The notes beneath the pieces were generated by a model. It saw only the letters and a list, made by a program, of their open reading frames with translations. It was not told where the DNA came from and searched no databases. A program made the position numbers and the translations under genes. A stretch of 64,000 nt of DNA, from the IMG/VR virus record IMGVR_UViG_3300020442_000005, positions 1-64,000 of that record; one strand, 5' to 3'. Each line of letters opens with the position of its first letter. The first letter of the stretch is position 1. Below, piece by piece: positions 1 through 9,388 of this stretch.

Positions 1-540
1 GATCTTACCGTAGTTAATGATGCCGCGACAGCCTTAAATGAGTATGAGGACATGAGATATAGTTCCGTATTGCCCAGGATACCAACCGTCGTAGTTTCTG
101 ATTCGTATAACACGAGAAATCCACGCAAAGAAACATATAAAGACGGAACTGAGATGATACACATTGTTCGCAAACTGCCAAATGTTGTTGCATATATTCA
201 GACTACAAAAGGCAGAGAGGTCAAATCGCGTGATGAGTGGAACAAATTAATGCAGGGAAGACAACCAACTGGCGAGCTGACTTCTACAGACATCCCGCTG
301 AAATCGACAAAACTTTCACGATATGGCGCGCCAATTGCAAAGGTAATTAGAAAAGCACAGCAAGAAACTCGTACATATGATGAAATTGCGGTATACGCAG
401 ATATTAAACCGGCCATAAATAAGTTTTCCGGCAAGGCACGAAAGTGGGGCGGCGAAGTTCGTTACACTTTCTTTATAATCGTACCAAAAGAAACTTATGT
501 GCCAAGATCTAAGTTGAAAACTAAGAGAAAGTCGAAATGA
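1..540 (+). CDS. Hypothetical protein, 5'-truncated (frame is open from base 1: DLTVVNDAATALNEYEDMRY...)
   Basis: Frame 1 has no stop from 1 to 540; its stop overlaps the next ATG (ATGA). Confidence 0.7.
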   Translation, partial: DLTVVNDAATALNEYEDMRYSSVLPRIPTVVVSDSYNTRNPRKETYKDGTEMIHIVRKLPNVVAYIQTTKGREVKSRDEWNKLMQGRQPTGELTSTDIPLKSTKLSRYGAPIAKVIRKAQQETRTYDEIAVYADIKPAINKFSGKARKWGGEVRYTFFIIVPKETYVPRSKLKTKRKSK

Positions 541-1232
541 AAGTTACAAGAAGACAAATCAGAGAAGCAATAAGACGTGTGATAACAGAAAGCAAAATTA
601 CTCCAGAACCGCCATACATTACGCACGGTAATCCTGGATATCAAGAAGCGTCGTCCAAATGGAACATATGGTTTTTTGAAAACACTCGTGATTGGGCATG
701 GACAAACATGCCCGAACAAAAGGGGTGGAATACTGAAAATCTCATGTATGATTTTAGAACTTCCGATACTGGTGGTGCTGAAATAAAATACGGTATTGGT
801 TTTGGATATCGATGGAGCAAATATAGGAATAATACCCTGCGGTTAATTGTTATTCCGGAACCCGGCTATGGTCAGCCAGAAGGTATATATATGCGATTTG
901 AAATTGGGCTAGGTGGTATGAGGGATATGGATGCTCGATCAATGGCCGAGATGTATTTCCCGTTTAAGAAATACAAGCCGGCAAGGGCAAGGGATAAAGG
1001 TATGTCGGCTCCGGAGATTATAGAAGAGCTATCTTTTTACCATGACGAAATTGTAGAATGCATGCGTATCCTTGTACCTTTGGGTAGTAAAACCGTAAAA
1101 AGTCTGCCGGCTTCAAAATTTTACGATATAGTTTGGCCAAAGTTAGAAAAATATGCAGCGCCAGGTATGGACGAGCATATAAGATTAAGAGAAGAACGTA
1201 TATCACTACGAAACAAACGAATGGGATTATAA
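537..1232 (+). CDS. Hypothetical protein with MKVTRRQIREAIRRVITES leader
   Basis: ORF track; the leader matches the family at 9389-11533. Confidence 0.85.
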   Translation: MKVTRRQIREAIRRVITESKITPEPPYITHGNPGYQEASSKWNIWFFENTRDWAWTNMPEQKGWNTENLMYDFRTSDTGGAEIKYGIGFGYRWSKYRNNTLRLIVIPEPGYGQPEGIYMRFEIGLGGMRDMDARSMAEMYFPFKKYKPARARDKGMSAPEIIEELSFYHDEIVECMRILVPLGSKTVKSLPASKFYDIVWPKLEKYAAPGMDEHIRLREERISLRNKRMGL

Positions 1233-1309
1233 AGATTATTAATTAATTTTTGTAAAAGCTTGGTCACAACATAAATTTCTTTCATACTTAAATTAGGGAG
1301 AGTTTATGT

Positions 1310-2872
1310 ATGTTGTTTTTATTATCACTACTGGTGGGCTGCAGTGATATCAGTCTGGGTAAGATAGAGCAAAGAGAAGCTGAGATCCTTGTTCATCCTA
1401 CTCACATAGATTTTGGTAACCTAGTTTCTGGATTCGAATCAGACCAGAAGTCATTCACGGTAATAAATACAGGCGATGATGATTTAATAATCACGTCGCC
1501 ATTTTTATTATCTGGTGAGGACAAATTCGCTATCGACGATTCAGGAGAAGAGGATATAGTTGTAGCAGCTGGAGAGCTTGTAGAATTCCATGTTACATAT
1601 ACTCCAGAAACGTTTGAGCATAACTCTGGAATGATTGAGTTTCTATCGTCCGATGAAGACGAACCAGAGATACAGGTATCACTTGAAGGTTTCGGAGACG
1701 CTCCAGTCATGACTGTGGATCCAGTCGACTTTGACTATGGCGATATATCGATAGGGTGCGATAACGAGGAAAGAATAACGATAACAAATGATGGTAATCT
1801 ACCGCTTACCATTGATAGCGTAGTTCAAATGGTTACTCAGCCGGCAGACATTGTATTGGAGTTTGGATCATTACCAGATCTGCCATGGCATTTAGATCCA
1901 GGTCTCAGTGTTGATTTCTTAGTTTCATATATACCCAACGACGTCGGGCAAGATGATTCTATAATTACAATTGCCGGCAATGATCCATACACCCCGGAGA
2001 TCGAGGCAATTCAATATGGCTCTGGTGACGTTGAACAATATTATTCTCAACGTCATATTCAGCAAGAGATACAGGTTCTAGATATTCTATGGATCATCGA
2101 TGATAGCGGATCGATGAATCGGGTTCAGTCTAATCTTTCTGGCAACATGCAAATGTTTATGAATGTTTTTGTTCAGTCACAGGCAGATTATAGAATGTCT
2201 GTTATAACAACATCAGATCCAATGATATATCAGATCGTTGATGCCACAACCCCTAACGCGACTCTGACTATGCAACAGATGGTTTCGGTTGGAGTACATG
2301 GCTCTGGTGTTGAAATGGGTCTAGAGATGGCTTACCAAGCTTTAAACGATGTAACAAGTGCTGGTCCTGGTGGTAGCTTTTTTCGAAACAATGCAGACTT
2401 AGTTTTGATATTTGTTTCAGATGAACCTGATCATAGTCCTGAACCAGTTTCATATTATACGTCGTTCTTTTCTGGATTGAAGCCTTCCGGTATGTTTTTT
2501 CCATATGCGGTTATTGGCGATATGCCTGGTGGATGCTTAATGCCAACCATGTTTGGAAACTACAATGTCCAAGCCGGTGAAGGATACTGGGATGTAGTTG
2601 ACTACTTTGGAAGCCAATGGTTTTCTCTGTGCGCAACCGACTGGGGAAACCAGTTACAGAATCTTGCAAACAACATTACCGGTCAATGGTCATATGAGCT
2701 ACATGAAAGTGATCCAATAGAAAACACAATCGAAGTGTATGTTAATGGTCAGATAGAAACTGGGTGGGTTTATAACCCTGCTAGAAACACTGTTGAGTTT
2801 ACAGAGGGTAACATACCCGAACCTGGTGACACAATTGAAATTAACTACGCTTTATGGGGGTGCTATGAATGA
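1310..2872 (+). CDS. Lipoprotein with two Ig-like (choice-of-anchor D type) repeats and a vWA domain
   Basis: Lipobox LLVGC at residue 11; repeats HPTHIDFG / DPVDFDYG..ITNDGNLPL; MIDAS-like DDSGS; later FVSDEPD; GGAGAG RBS. Confidence 0.8.
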   Translation: MLFLLSLLVGCSDISLGKIEQREAEILVHPTHIDFGNLVSGFESDQKSFTVINTGDDDLIITSPFLLSGEDKFAIDDSGEEDIVVAAGELVEFHVTYTPETFEHNSGMIEFLSSDEDEPEIQVSLEGFGDAPVMTVDPVDFDYGDISIGCDNEERITITNDGNLPLTIDSVVQMVTQPADIVLEFGSLPDLPWHLDPGLSVDFLVSYIPNDVGQDDSIITIAGNDPYTPEIEAIQYGSGDVEQYYSQRHIQQEIQVLDILWIIDDSGSMNRVQSNLSGNMQMFMNVFVQSQADYRMSVITTSDPMIYQIVDATTPNATLTMQQMVSVGVHGSGVEMGLEMAYQALNDVTSAGPGGSFFRNNADLVLIFVSDEPDHSPEPVSYYTSFFSGLKPSGMFFPYAVIGDMPGGCLMPTMFGNYNVQAGEGYWDVVDYFGSQWFSLCATDWGNQLQNLANNITGQWSYELHESDPIENTIEVYVNGQIETGWVYNPARNTVEFTEGNIPEPGDTIEINYALWGCYE

Positions 2873-3387
2873 CTTTAAAAAATTGTATGCTTATTTTGGG
2901 TGTAGGAATACTTGGCTTTGCGTTAGGTATCTCCGGCAAATACATATACGAAAGTTCCTCCGTGCACGCGTACCAGTGGAAAACACCTCCGATAATAATT
3001 AATTGCTACGGTGAAGACTTTAGCCAAACTGCAATGATAAGAGCAATACACTATTGGACCGTAAGAGGATATCCAATTGGATTTTACGAACACAATCCGC
3101 CACCCTCCGTTTGTGAAAACGATTGGCTTTATGGAATGATTATTATACGTAAGGCTCCACTTCTCAAGCTGGCACCAGAGACTCTTGCTTCAACGAGAAG
3201 ATATACTGCTTTAAACGAGATGCGTGGTGCCGTTATAGAGTATCGCCGCGGGTCTTACAACCTTGACCTTTTAAACGAGCACGAACTTGGACACGCCTTG
3301 GGTATGACCCACGTTGAAAGGCCTGGTCATATCATGCATCCTATTTACGACCAGATGGGTGAACTGTTCGATCTCAAAAAGAAATAG
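2869..3387 (+). CDS. Matrixin-family (M10-like) zinc metalloprotease, N-terminal membrane anchor/signal
   Basis: HELGHALGMTH (HExxHxxGxxH) plus Met-turn HIMHP; hydrophobic N-terminus. Confidence 0.85.
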   Translation: MTLKNCMLILGVGILGFALGISGKYIYESSSVHAYQWKTPPIIINCYGEDFSQTAMIRAIHYWTVRGYPIGFYEHNPPPSVCENDWLYGMIIIRKAPLLKLAPETLASTRRYTALNEMRGAVIEYRRGSYNLDLLNEHELGHALGMTHVERPGHIMHPIYDQMGELFDLKKK

Positions 3388-3389
3388 CC

Positions 3390-3608
3390 ATGCTTCTTAT
3401 GACTGGTGATGTTTTTTTACTGAGAGAAAAATACAGATCAAATGGATCGAACGGAATGGGCATTGTAATCATGATTGAAAGCCATGAAGGTCCTAATTTT
3501 ATCTGTTATGACTACATCGTTATGTTAGATAACGGAAATCTTATGAGAATAACTGAAAGCTGTGTTGAGGAAATTTATACCAACATTAATCAGCAAACAT
3601 TTGAATGA
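3390..3608 (+). CDS. Small hypothetical protein
   Basis: ORF directly follows matrixin; GD(V)F start typical of small phage beta-barrel proteins. Confidence 0.6.
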   Translation: MLLMTGDVFLLREKYRSNGSNGMGIVIMIESHEGPNFICYDYIVMLDNGNLMRITESCVEEIYTNINQQTFE

Positions 3609-3945
3609 TTAGGATGAGAAACGCAAGAGTTACACAACTCATAGTTTTTACTGTAAACATCGATTCATTCATATAGTACCATGTCATAATCGGAAAGGTG
3701 ATGTAGGAAAACACTGCTGCAGTGAATCTCACACTCCACAGTTCTCCAGTGGCTTCAAAACAAAATTTCGTTCCATACCAAAACGCAAGACCGGCCGGGA
3801 TCCCAAACAACACAGTTGCAAGGATAGGTTTGTTTTGCCAATAATCCCAAACAAACTGAGAGTTCCCGGCAAACCACCCAAAAATGTGACCAATAATAAA
3901 AAGTAAACAACCGTAAACCATTCTTATATCGTTAAATAGAAGCAT
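3586..3945 (-). CDS. 4-TM small membrane protein (SMR/DMT-like size and topology)
   Basis: Four hydrophobic segments in 119 aa. Confidence 0.7.
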   Translation of the reverse strand: MLLFNDIRMVYGCLLFIIGHIFGWFAGNSQFVWDYWQNKPILATVLFGIPAGLAFWYGTKFCFEATGELWSVRFTAAVFSYITFPIMTWYYMNESMFTVKTMSCVTLAFLILIIQMFAD

Positions 3946-3962
3946 AATCCTATCCTAAGTTT

Positions 3963-5360
3963 TTAAGTATCTTTCGGGTCCTCGTACCATTCTTCAATAA
4001 ATGACTCCCCTGTAAGCTCTTCAAGTTTGCGAATCATTTTCTCCATATTGATTCTTACAACTTTTCCAGTCCTAGTGTTCCTAGAAAAGTAATGCCACTC
4101 ACCTTCAGGATTGTGAGGTGATATTTGGGTCACGTTCTGTTGAGAATCACTAACAAATATCTCTGCGTGGCCGTTCACAAGCTTGGAGTATATTTGTGCA
4201 TGGTTGACAGTCAACGAAGGATCAGTTGTACCCTGGCAATTTAAGTGAAGATAATTAGAAATTGCAGCATCACCGGTAACATCCAGCTTGAAGTTCGGAG
4301 AAGTATTTCCTATTCCTATGTTACCATCAACCGTCAGGTTTGTGCTGTTTACGAGTTGTAAAGAGTCGTGTCTGAGTCGGGCTGTAATACCACTCGAGCC
4401 ATTCTTCATATTAGCAAACTCTATAATACCCTGTTCAGAACCGTCGGCGACAGAACCAATTTTCCCAGTTATCTTTGCGTAAGTCACATTTTGGTCAGCG
4501 TCGTTTTCACCTTGAAACTTAAGTTGGCCAAGATAGTCAGCGTTTGCTGGGGAAGAACTGTTTCTTTTTAGTTTGATGACAGGAGAAGCGCTACTTGAGT
4601 CTTCTGTTGTTTCTAAAAACAGCAGATCATCGGTCGTAGTGTTGTTCACGTGCAGTTGTGCGCTGTTAACTTTAACCTCATTCGGCCCTGAGCTCATTTT
4701 TTCTACTGTAAATAGATTAACCCCGCCAGCATCTAAATCGATTCTGTCATCCGTGAAATTAATTAACGTGTCGGTGTCACCGGTGTGCCTGATGTGTTGG
4801 TCAACGTATACGTTCCCTCCAAAAACAGCCGGTCCTGGAGATGTAAAAGCATCATTTGCATGGAGACTGCCTGATATGTATACAGAGCCACCAAACACTG
4901 CTTTGGCGTCAGTGGATCCAGATACGAAAAACACGACATCCGAAGGAAGAGCCTCAGCAGCTGCGGCAGTGTCGCTTTGACCATGTTCAAACTTTGCCTT
5001 ACCATCATCGTATATACGAAAGGGAAATTTTTGCGGATCACTACCAACGTTTGTTCTAGTTTTTAGGAAAAAATCTTGACTTCGTCCGGGAGATAGATAA
5101 ATGTTTTCTGCCTGGTCAAAAGCAAAAGATGCATACCAAGAGCTAGGATCGTCATCGTTTATAAATCTTAGAAAAGCGGTGTCCGGTTCTTTTTTAAATA
5201 TTGTAAGCCCGCCACCGCCCTCGGCATCGATGAACTGTGATCCTGTTACCACAAGTGCGTAATCTGAAGAATAACCATTACCATGGGCTGTGTTCCCGGT
5301 TACAATTGCGCCTTCACTAAACTTCATAGTGGCAGTGCCCATATTCTTTATTCTAGCCAT
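3963..5360 (-). CDS. Virion fibre-like beta-rich protein
   Basis: G/S/T/D-rich; shares FFVSGS..AVFGGSVYISGSL and HTGDTDTLINFTDDRI modules with 43876-49833; GIGNTSPNFKLDVTG fibre-type repeat. Confidence 0.7.
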   Translation of the reverse strand: MARIKNMGTATMKFSEGAIVTGNTAHGNGYSSDYALVVTGSQFIDAEGGGGLTIFKKEPDTAFLRFINDDDPSSWYASFAFDQAENIYLSPGRSQDFFLKTRTNVGSDPQKFPFRIYDDGKAKFEHGQSDTAAAAEALPSDVVFFVSGSTDAKAVFGGSVYISGSLHANDAFTSPGPAVFGGNVYVDQHIRHTGDTDTLINFTDDRIDLDAGGVNLFTVEKMSSGPNEVKVNSAQLHVNNTTTDDLLFLETTEDSSSASPVIKLKRNSSSPANADYLGQLKFQGENDADQNVTYAKITGKIGSVADGSEQGIIEFANMKNGSSGITARLRHDSLQLVNSTNLTVDGNIGIGNTSPNFKLDVTGDAAISNYLHLNCQGTTDPSLTVNHAQIYSKLVNGHAEIFVSDSQQNVTQISPHNPEGEWHYFSRNTRTGKVVRINMEKMIRKLEELTGESFIEEWYEDPKDT

Positions 5361-5480
5361 AAAATTGTACCTCCAAGTTCACCTACAACTTTTTACCCAA
5401 TTATATTTTTCTATTTATCATTAATTATGTATATTAGCGTGATAATTATATACATTCGTTCATATTTGTGGAGTTACTTT

Positions 5481-8108
5481 ATGTCTATACCAGACAGTAA
5501 AAAATTAAGAAAATATATAACGCAATTATTGAAAGAGCATATGCTACTCGAAGCCGCCGGTTCTATGGGTTTGGCAGCTGTACTTGCACGTGCCTTAGCC
5601 GACAAAATACTTGACGACGTCGATCGAATTGGCTTTGTATACATAGTTCAAAAACATAATGCACAATCGCGATGCAATATACCACTACTAGACGTCGTTG
5701 AAGATTTGGTGAAAAAAGACCAAGTTATAGCATTGAAAGTGCGTCCAAAGAAAAAGGAGTATAGCGTTATTGCTACTAGCTTCTCCAAGCGCATGTTGCC
5801 GAATGAGTTAGGCGCAGATAACGCAATTTTCGTGCAAAGCATAAGAAATCATGCATATCAGGATTACCCGGGCGATGCTATTGTATTGGGCAACGCTTAT
5901 TTTAACGATGTTAAAATCCCGGGATCGGGCGCGCATGGTTTAAGAAAGGAAGATTTAGACAAATTTGAAGCTATAGGGAATGATTTCCTTTCGAAGTACG
6001 TTAAATCCGCAGAGAATGAAAAGAAGATTCTCGAAGTGTTCGAATCCGTGGGCGCAGTTGGTTACTTTGCAGCTGCATTTATGGTATTTATAACCCAGGC
6101 CGAATCTGATGGCTCTCGTGGCCACGTATCCAGCTTATCGGCCACAAGCATGGGTGGAAAGCTAGTTATTGGTACCAATGCAATGACAGTTACAGCTGAG
6201 ACAACTGGCATATGGAATATGGGTATGTCATTTTTTTCGAATGATCAAATAGAACACATTAAAAAATCCATGGACTTACCTATCGGTCTTAACGTACCTA
6301 TAACAGTATCTCCAAAGCAGAGTTTTAATAATTTATCTAAACAAATGGTCGCATTTGACGAAAAGTTTCGTAGGATTATCGCTAGCAACACGACCTATAT
6401 ACACGAGTTGCAACACTTGATTCAACATGCCGGCTACCATACGCCATCTTCACAGTTAGATCCAGGCGCCGACGTCGACATAACCTCACCAACGCACCCG
6501 CTACATCCCTATAATGGTGACCCTCCAAACACTGCCGCAAGAGAAGCTGGTCTTGCGAAATCAAAAAGACCACCAGCCCAGCATATAAAGATTGTGTCTC
6601 AGATGCTAAAAGAACTGAACATAATAAAAGGTGAAGAAATAAAGATTTCCGGAATCAACAGCCCAGCATTCGAACTGGATGACGCAGCATTTTCATCCAC
6701 TACTATCGGGCTGTCGACAAGCATCTTTGTTAAAGAAAATGTATATCTAGAAGTGAACGTCGCCGATCACTTAAGTGATGTAGTTTTAAAACACATGTCG
6801 GATACGTATTTATCGGCACTTCCGTCAAAAAACATGTTTCCCGAGGAAAGAGAGGCTCAAATAAAAAGGTATGGTTCTGCAGCCGGGAAAAAATCGGTTG
6901 CAAGAAAATATCGTTTATTTCTAGCCGATATTCTTGCAGATATTGGAATATACACTTATCAAAAGTACATTTTTGATCGTACGGATCAAATAAAGGCTGA
7001 TATGGGGATTGGACCAAGAGATAAAACTATACCCGACGCATTAAAAGTCGCCTCTGAAAGGTTTCCGGACAGAACAGAAAAGGCGATCGAGCGTTTAAAT
7101 AAGTCTTTGTTAAATAAAGGCGGTAAACTATCAAAAGATTTAATCGAAAAAATGCGACCTGTATTTCCAACCATGGTTTTTTATTCGCGTAAATTGGGCG
7201 TTTTTATAGGTAAAGGTAAATACGGCCCACCCGGATGGATTAAGCAGCACCTATATATTGAATTCTTAGAAAATTATGATATAGACGAAGATCTATTGAA
7301 TGAGTTGAAAAAAGGGTCTGAAGACAGATATTATCTAAGTAAAAACCAAAAAGACCTAGGTCTCAGGTTATTAAAAGAGTTGGATTTAGTTTTGGTGATT
7401 GCACAGTCAGGTGCCGATACAGCTTTCATGGGTGAAGATGAAAGGCTTGAAGCAGAGGCCGGCCGGTCAGGCCGAGTAAGCCGAGGATATGCTTATTCAG
7501 GCTCACAATGGTATCAAAGGGCTAATGGATACACATGGCGAAGATTACAGACAGAATATGACGCTGAGTTTGTGACACAAACAGCTGGTTTTTTGTATGG
7601 CATCTATATACTAGGCACAGAGGACGATGCAACCGCAAATCGTATTTTAGCTCCAACGTATCTTATGGATTATTTTAGGCGATCTCCAAAGATTCAGCCT
7701 ATGATCGAGTTTTTGTTTGCATTGCTTGGAGAAGATATTACAAAGGTAATATCTGGTATAAAAAACTTTTCCAAGAAATCTAGACACAATTTCCAAGGAT
7801 TTATCGATCGCGATTTAGCAAAACAAAAGTCTGATCAGTACCGACGTTTGGCGATTGACATGATAGATAAGATTCAAAATATATCAGACGAAGAATTGAA
7901 TGACTTGCGAATAGATATAGCAAACAATAGCGTGGAAATGATATACGGTTCTAGAACAAAAAAAGCTACTCCAAAGCAAATCAATGATTTAACACCTGTA
8001 ATTAATGAATTTCTTGCAAGTGGAGGCTCGGTCGACCGCTTAACTCATTTACATGTAGAGACTGTAAAGGCTATAATAGGATTCGTTGGTAAAAAACTAT
8101 TGGAGTAA
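5481..8108 (+). CDS. Large hypothetical protein with HExxH motif (875 aa; start reassigned from 5283)
   Basis: GGAG RBS before ATG 5481; upstream extension is low-complexity intergenic DNA; YIHELQH at 6396-6416. Confidence 0.75.
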   Translation: MSIPDSKKLRKYITQLLKEHMLLEAAGSMGLAAVLARALADKILDDVDRIGFVYIVQKHNAQSRCNIPLLDVVEDLVKKDQVIALKVRPKKKEYSVIATSFSKRMLPNELGADNAIFVQSIRNHAYQDYPGDAIVLGNAYFNDVKIPGSGAHGLRKEDLDKFEAIGNDFLSKYVKSAENEKKILEVFESVGAVGYFAAAFMVFITQAESDGSRGHVSSLSATSMGGKLVIGTNAMTVTAETTGIWNMGMSFFSNDQIEHIKKSMDLPIGLNVPITVSPKQSFNNLSKQMVAFDEKFRRIIASNTTYIHELQHLIQHAGYHTPSSQLDPGADVDITSPTHPLHPYNGDPPNTAAREAGLAKSKRPPAQHIKIVSQMLKELNIIKGEEIKISGINSPAFELDDAAFSSTTIGLSTSIFVKENVYLEVNVADHLSDVVLKHMSDTYLSALPSKNMFPEEREAQIKRYGSAAGKKSVARKYRLFLADILADIGIYTYQKYIFDRTDQIKADMGIGPRDKTIPDALKVASERFPDRTEKAIERLNKSLLNKGGKLSKDLIEKMRPVFPTMVFYSRKLGVFIGKGKYGPPGWIKQHLYIEFLENYDIDEDLLNELKKGSEDRYYLSKNQKDLGLRLLKELDLVLVIAQSGADTAFMGEDERLEAEAGRSGRVSRGYAYSGSQWYQRANGYTWRRLQTEYDAEFVTQTAGFLYGIYILGTEDDATANRILAPTYLMDYFRRSPKIQPMIEFLFALLGEDITKVISGIKNFSKKSRHNFQGFIDRDLAKQKSDQYRRLAIDMIDKIQNISDEELNDLRIDIANNSVEMIYGSRTKKATPKQINDLTPVINEFLASGGSVDRLTHLHVETVKAIIGFVGKKLLE

Positions 8109-8110
8109 AC

Positions 8111-8374
8111 GTGGCGGATAAAAAAGATAAATGGGAAGATAATGTTGGTGGTTTTTCAATTGTAGCTGGAAAGAAAGTTTCTTTTTATGTTGATAAAGAG
8201 TGTATTTTGTGTTCAGTCTGCGAAGAGGTAGCGCCTTCCAATTTTAGAATGAACGATGACGACAGCCACGATATATGCTTTAAGCAGCCAGAAAACGAAC
8301 AGGAACTAGAAGAGTGTTATGAAGCGCTTGACAGTTGCCCGGTAGAGGCAATTGGTGACGATGACATCGAATAA
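8111..8374 (+). CDS. Single-cluster [4Fe-4S] ferredoxin
   Basis: CILCSVC (CxxCxxC) ... CPVEAI; GTG start with GGAG RBS. Confidence 0.9.
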   Translation: MADKKDKWEDNVGGFSIVAGKKVSFYVDKECILCSVCEEVAPSNFRMNDDDSHDICFKQPENEQELEECYEALDSCPVEAIGDDDIE

Positions 8375-8388
8375 AATGGCATAAATAT

Positions 8389-8417
8389 TTGTAAAGATAT
8401 ACATAGTTCTGTATTAT
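8389..8417 (+). promoter_or_regulatory. Sigma70-like promoter TTGTAA-N17-TATTAT
   Basis: Exact 17-nt spacing upstream of tk; same geometry recurs at 7 other sites. Confidence 0.7.
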
Positions 8418-8437
8418 TTATTTGCAAAGGAGCAAAA

Positions 8438-8995
8438 ATGAAACATGAATTTAGAATGTATGTCGGACCAATGTTCGGCGGCAAAACAACACGTATGTTA
8501 TCTCAACTTGAGCGATATGCATATATGGGTGAAGATGCGTTGATATTCAAGCCTAGGGTCGACGAAAGATACGAAACAGATTGGGTCTGTTCACATACTG
8601 GAGTTAAACGCCAAGCGCAGAGAGTTGAAACCGGTGCAGATATTCGTAAATGGGTTGCAACATATGTCGGCCGCACACCATCCGTGATTGCAATAGACGA
8701 AGCGTTCATGATACCAGGCGTAGGATTTGCTGCCATAACCTTGTTCAGAGAAGGTCATACGGTTCTTGTTTCTTCCTTGCAGTTGTCTTCCGATGGCACT
8801 CCATACGAGGAAGTGCAACGGATGTTTCCATACGCGACCTATGTTGCCGTATGCCCTGCTGTCGATCCAATTTCAAAGCAAGACGCTTACTATACCGAAA
8901 AATATGGTGGTAGGAAAGATCATGCAATCGAAGTTGGTGGCGCAGAAATGTATAGACCACGTGACTGGGAGGGTTTCTTTGGTAGTGATCGATGA
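8438..8995 (+). CDS. tdk: Thymidine kinase (type II)
   Basis: GPMFGGKTT Walker A, IAIDEA Walker B, lasso IEVGGAEMYRP. Confidence 0.92.
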   Translation: MKHEFRMYVGPMFGGKTTRMLSQLERYAYMGEDALIFKPRVDERYETDWVCSHTGVKRQAQRVETGADIRKWVATYVGRTPSVIAIDEAFMIPGVGFAAITLFREGHTVLVSSLQLSSDGTPYEEVQRMFPYATYVAVCPAVDPISKQDAYYTEKYGGRKDHAIEVGGAEMYRPRDWEGFFGSDR

Positions 8996-9007
8996 ATAAG
9001 TGAATAA

Positions 9008-9366
9008 GGGGCCGTAATGGCTTCGACGGGGTAGAATCAAGAGGAGTGTGCATGCAGGTAAGATACGACCTTAACAGTTCAAAACAAATAGTTGCAAACA
9101 ATAACGACAACTTCGAAGTAGCTTTAGCTGCATAATCGACGCCGGTGTCTCTTCCGGTGTGAAACAAGAGGCTTAGCCAGTTAGTCGAGGCAAACATATC
9201 AAGACTACAATGGTTATCCTGGTAACAGGTGGAATCTCCAGCCAGAGGGAGATTGGTGGAAAATTATTTGGCTAGTTTGTTAATTAACAACATAATTAAC
9301 TATGCATGTGAATGACACAAATTAAGACTGCTGCGGACGCGGGTTCGACTCCCGCCGGCTCCACCA
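9008..9366 (+). ncRNA. ssrA: tmRNA, tag reading frame ANNNDNFEVALAA* at 9094-9135
   Basis: 5' GGGGCCG pairs with 3' CGGCTCC-ACCA with a G3:U pair; T-arm GCGGGTTCGACTCCCGC; AAATAGTT before resume codon GCA; ALAA C-terminus. Confidence 0.96.
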
Positions 9367-9388
9367 CTTACTTACTATTGAGCATAAA

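Noticed and set aside
5283-5480. N-terminal extension of the 941-aa ORF (also the track starts at 9495, 14717, 20845, 21472, 28533, 31851, 35694)
   Set aside because: The extensions overlap opposite-strand genes, promoters or upstream CDSs; better RBS-linked starts lie downstream
6030-6060. GTTCGAATCC T-loop-like sequence (possible tRNA)
   Set aside because: It lies inside a CDS, with no flanking T-stem/acceptor pairing or CCA
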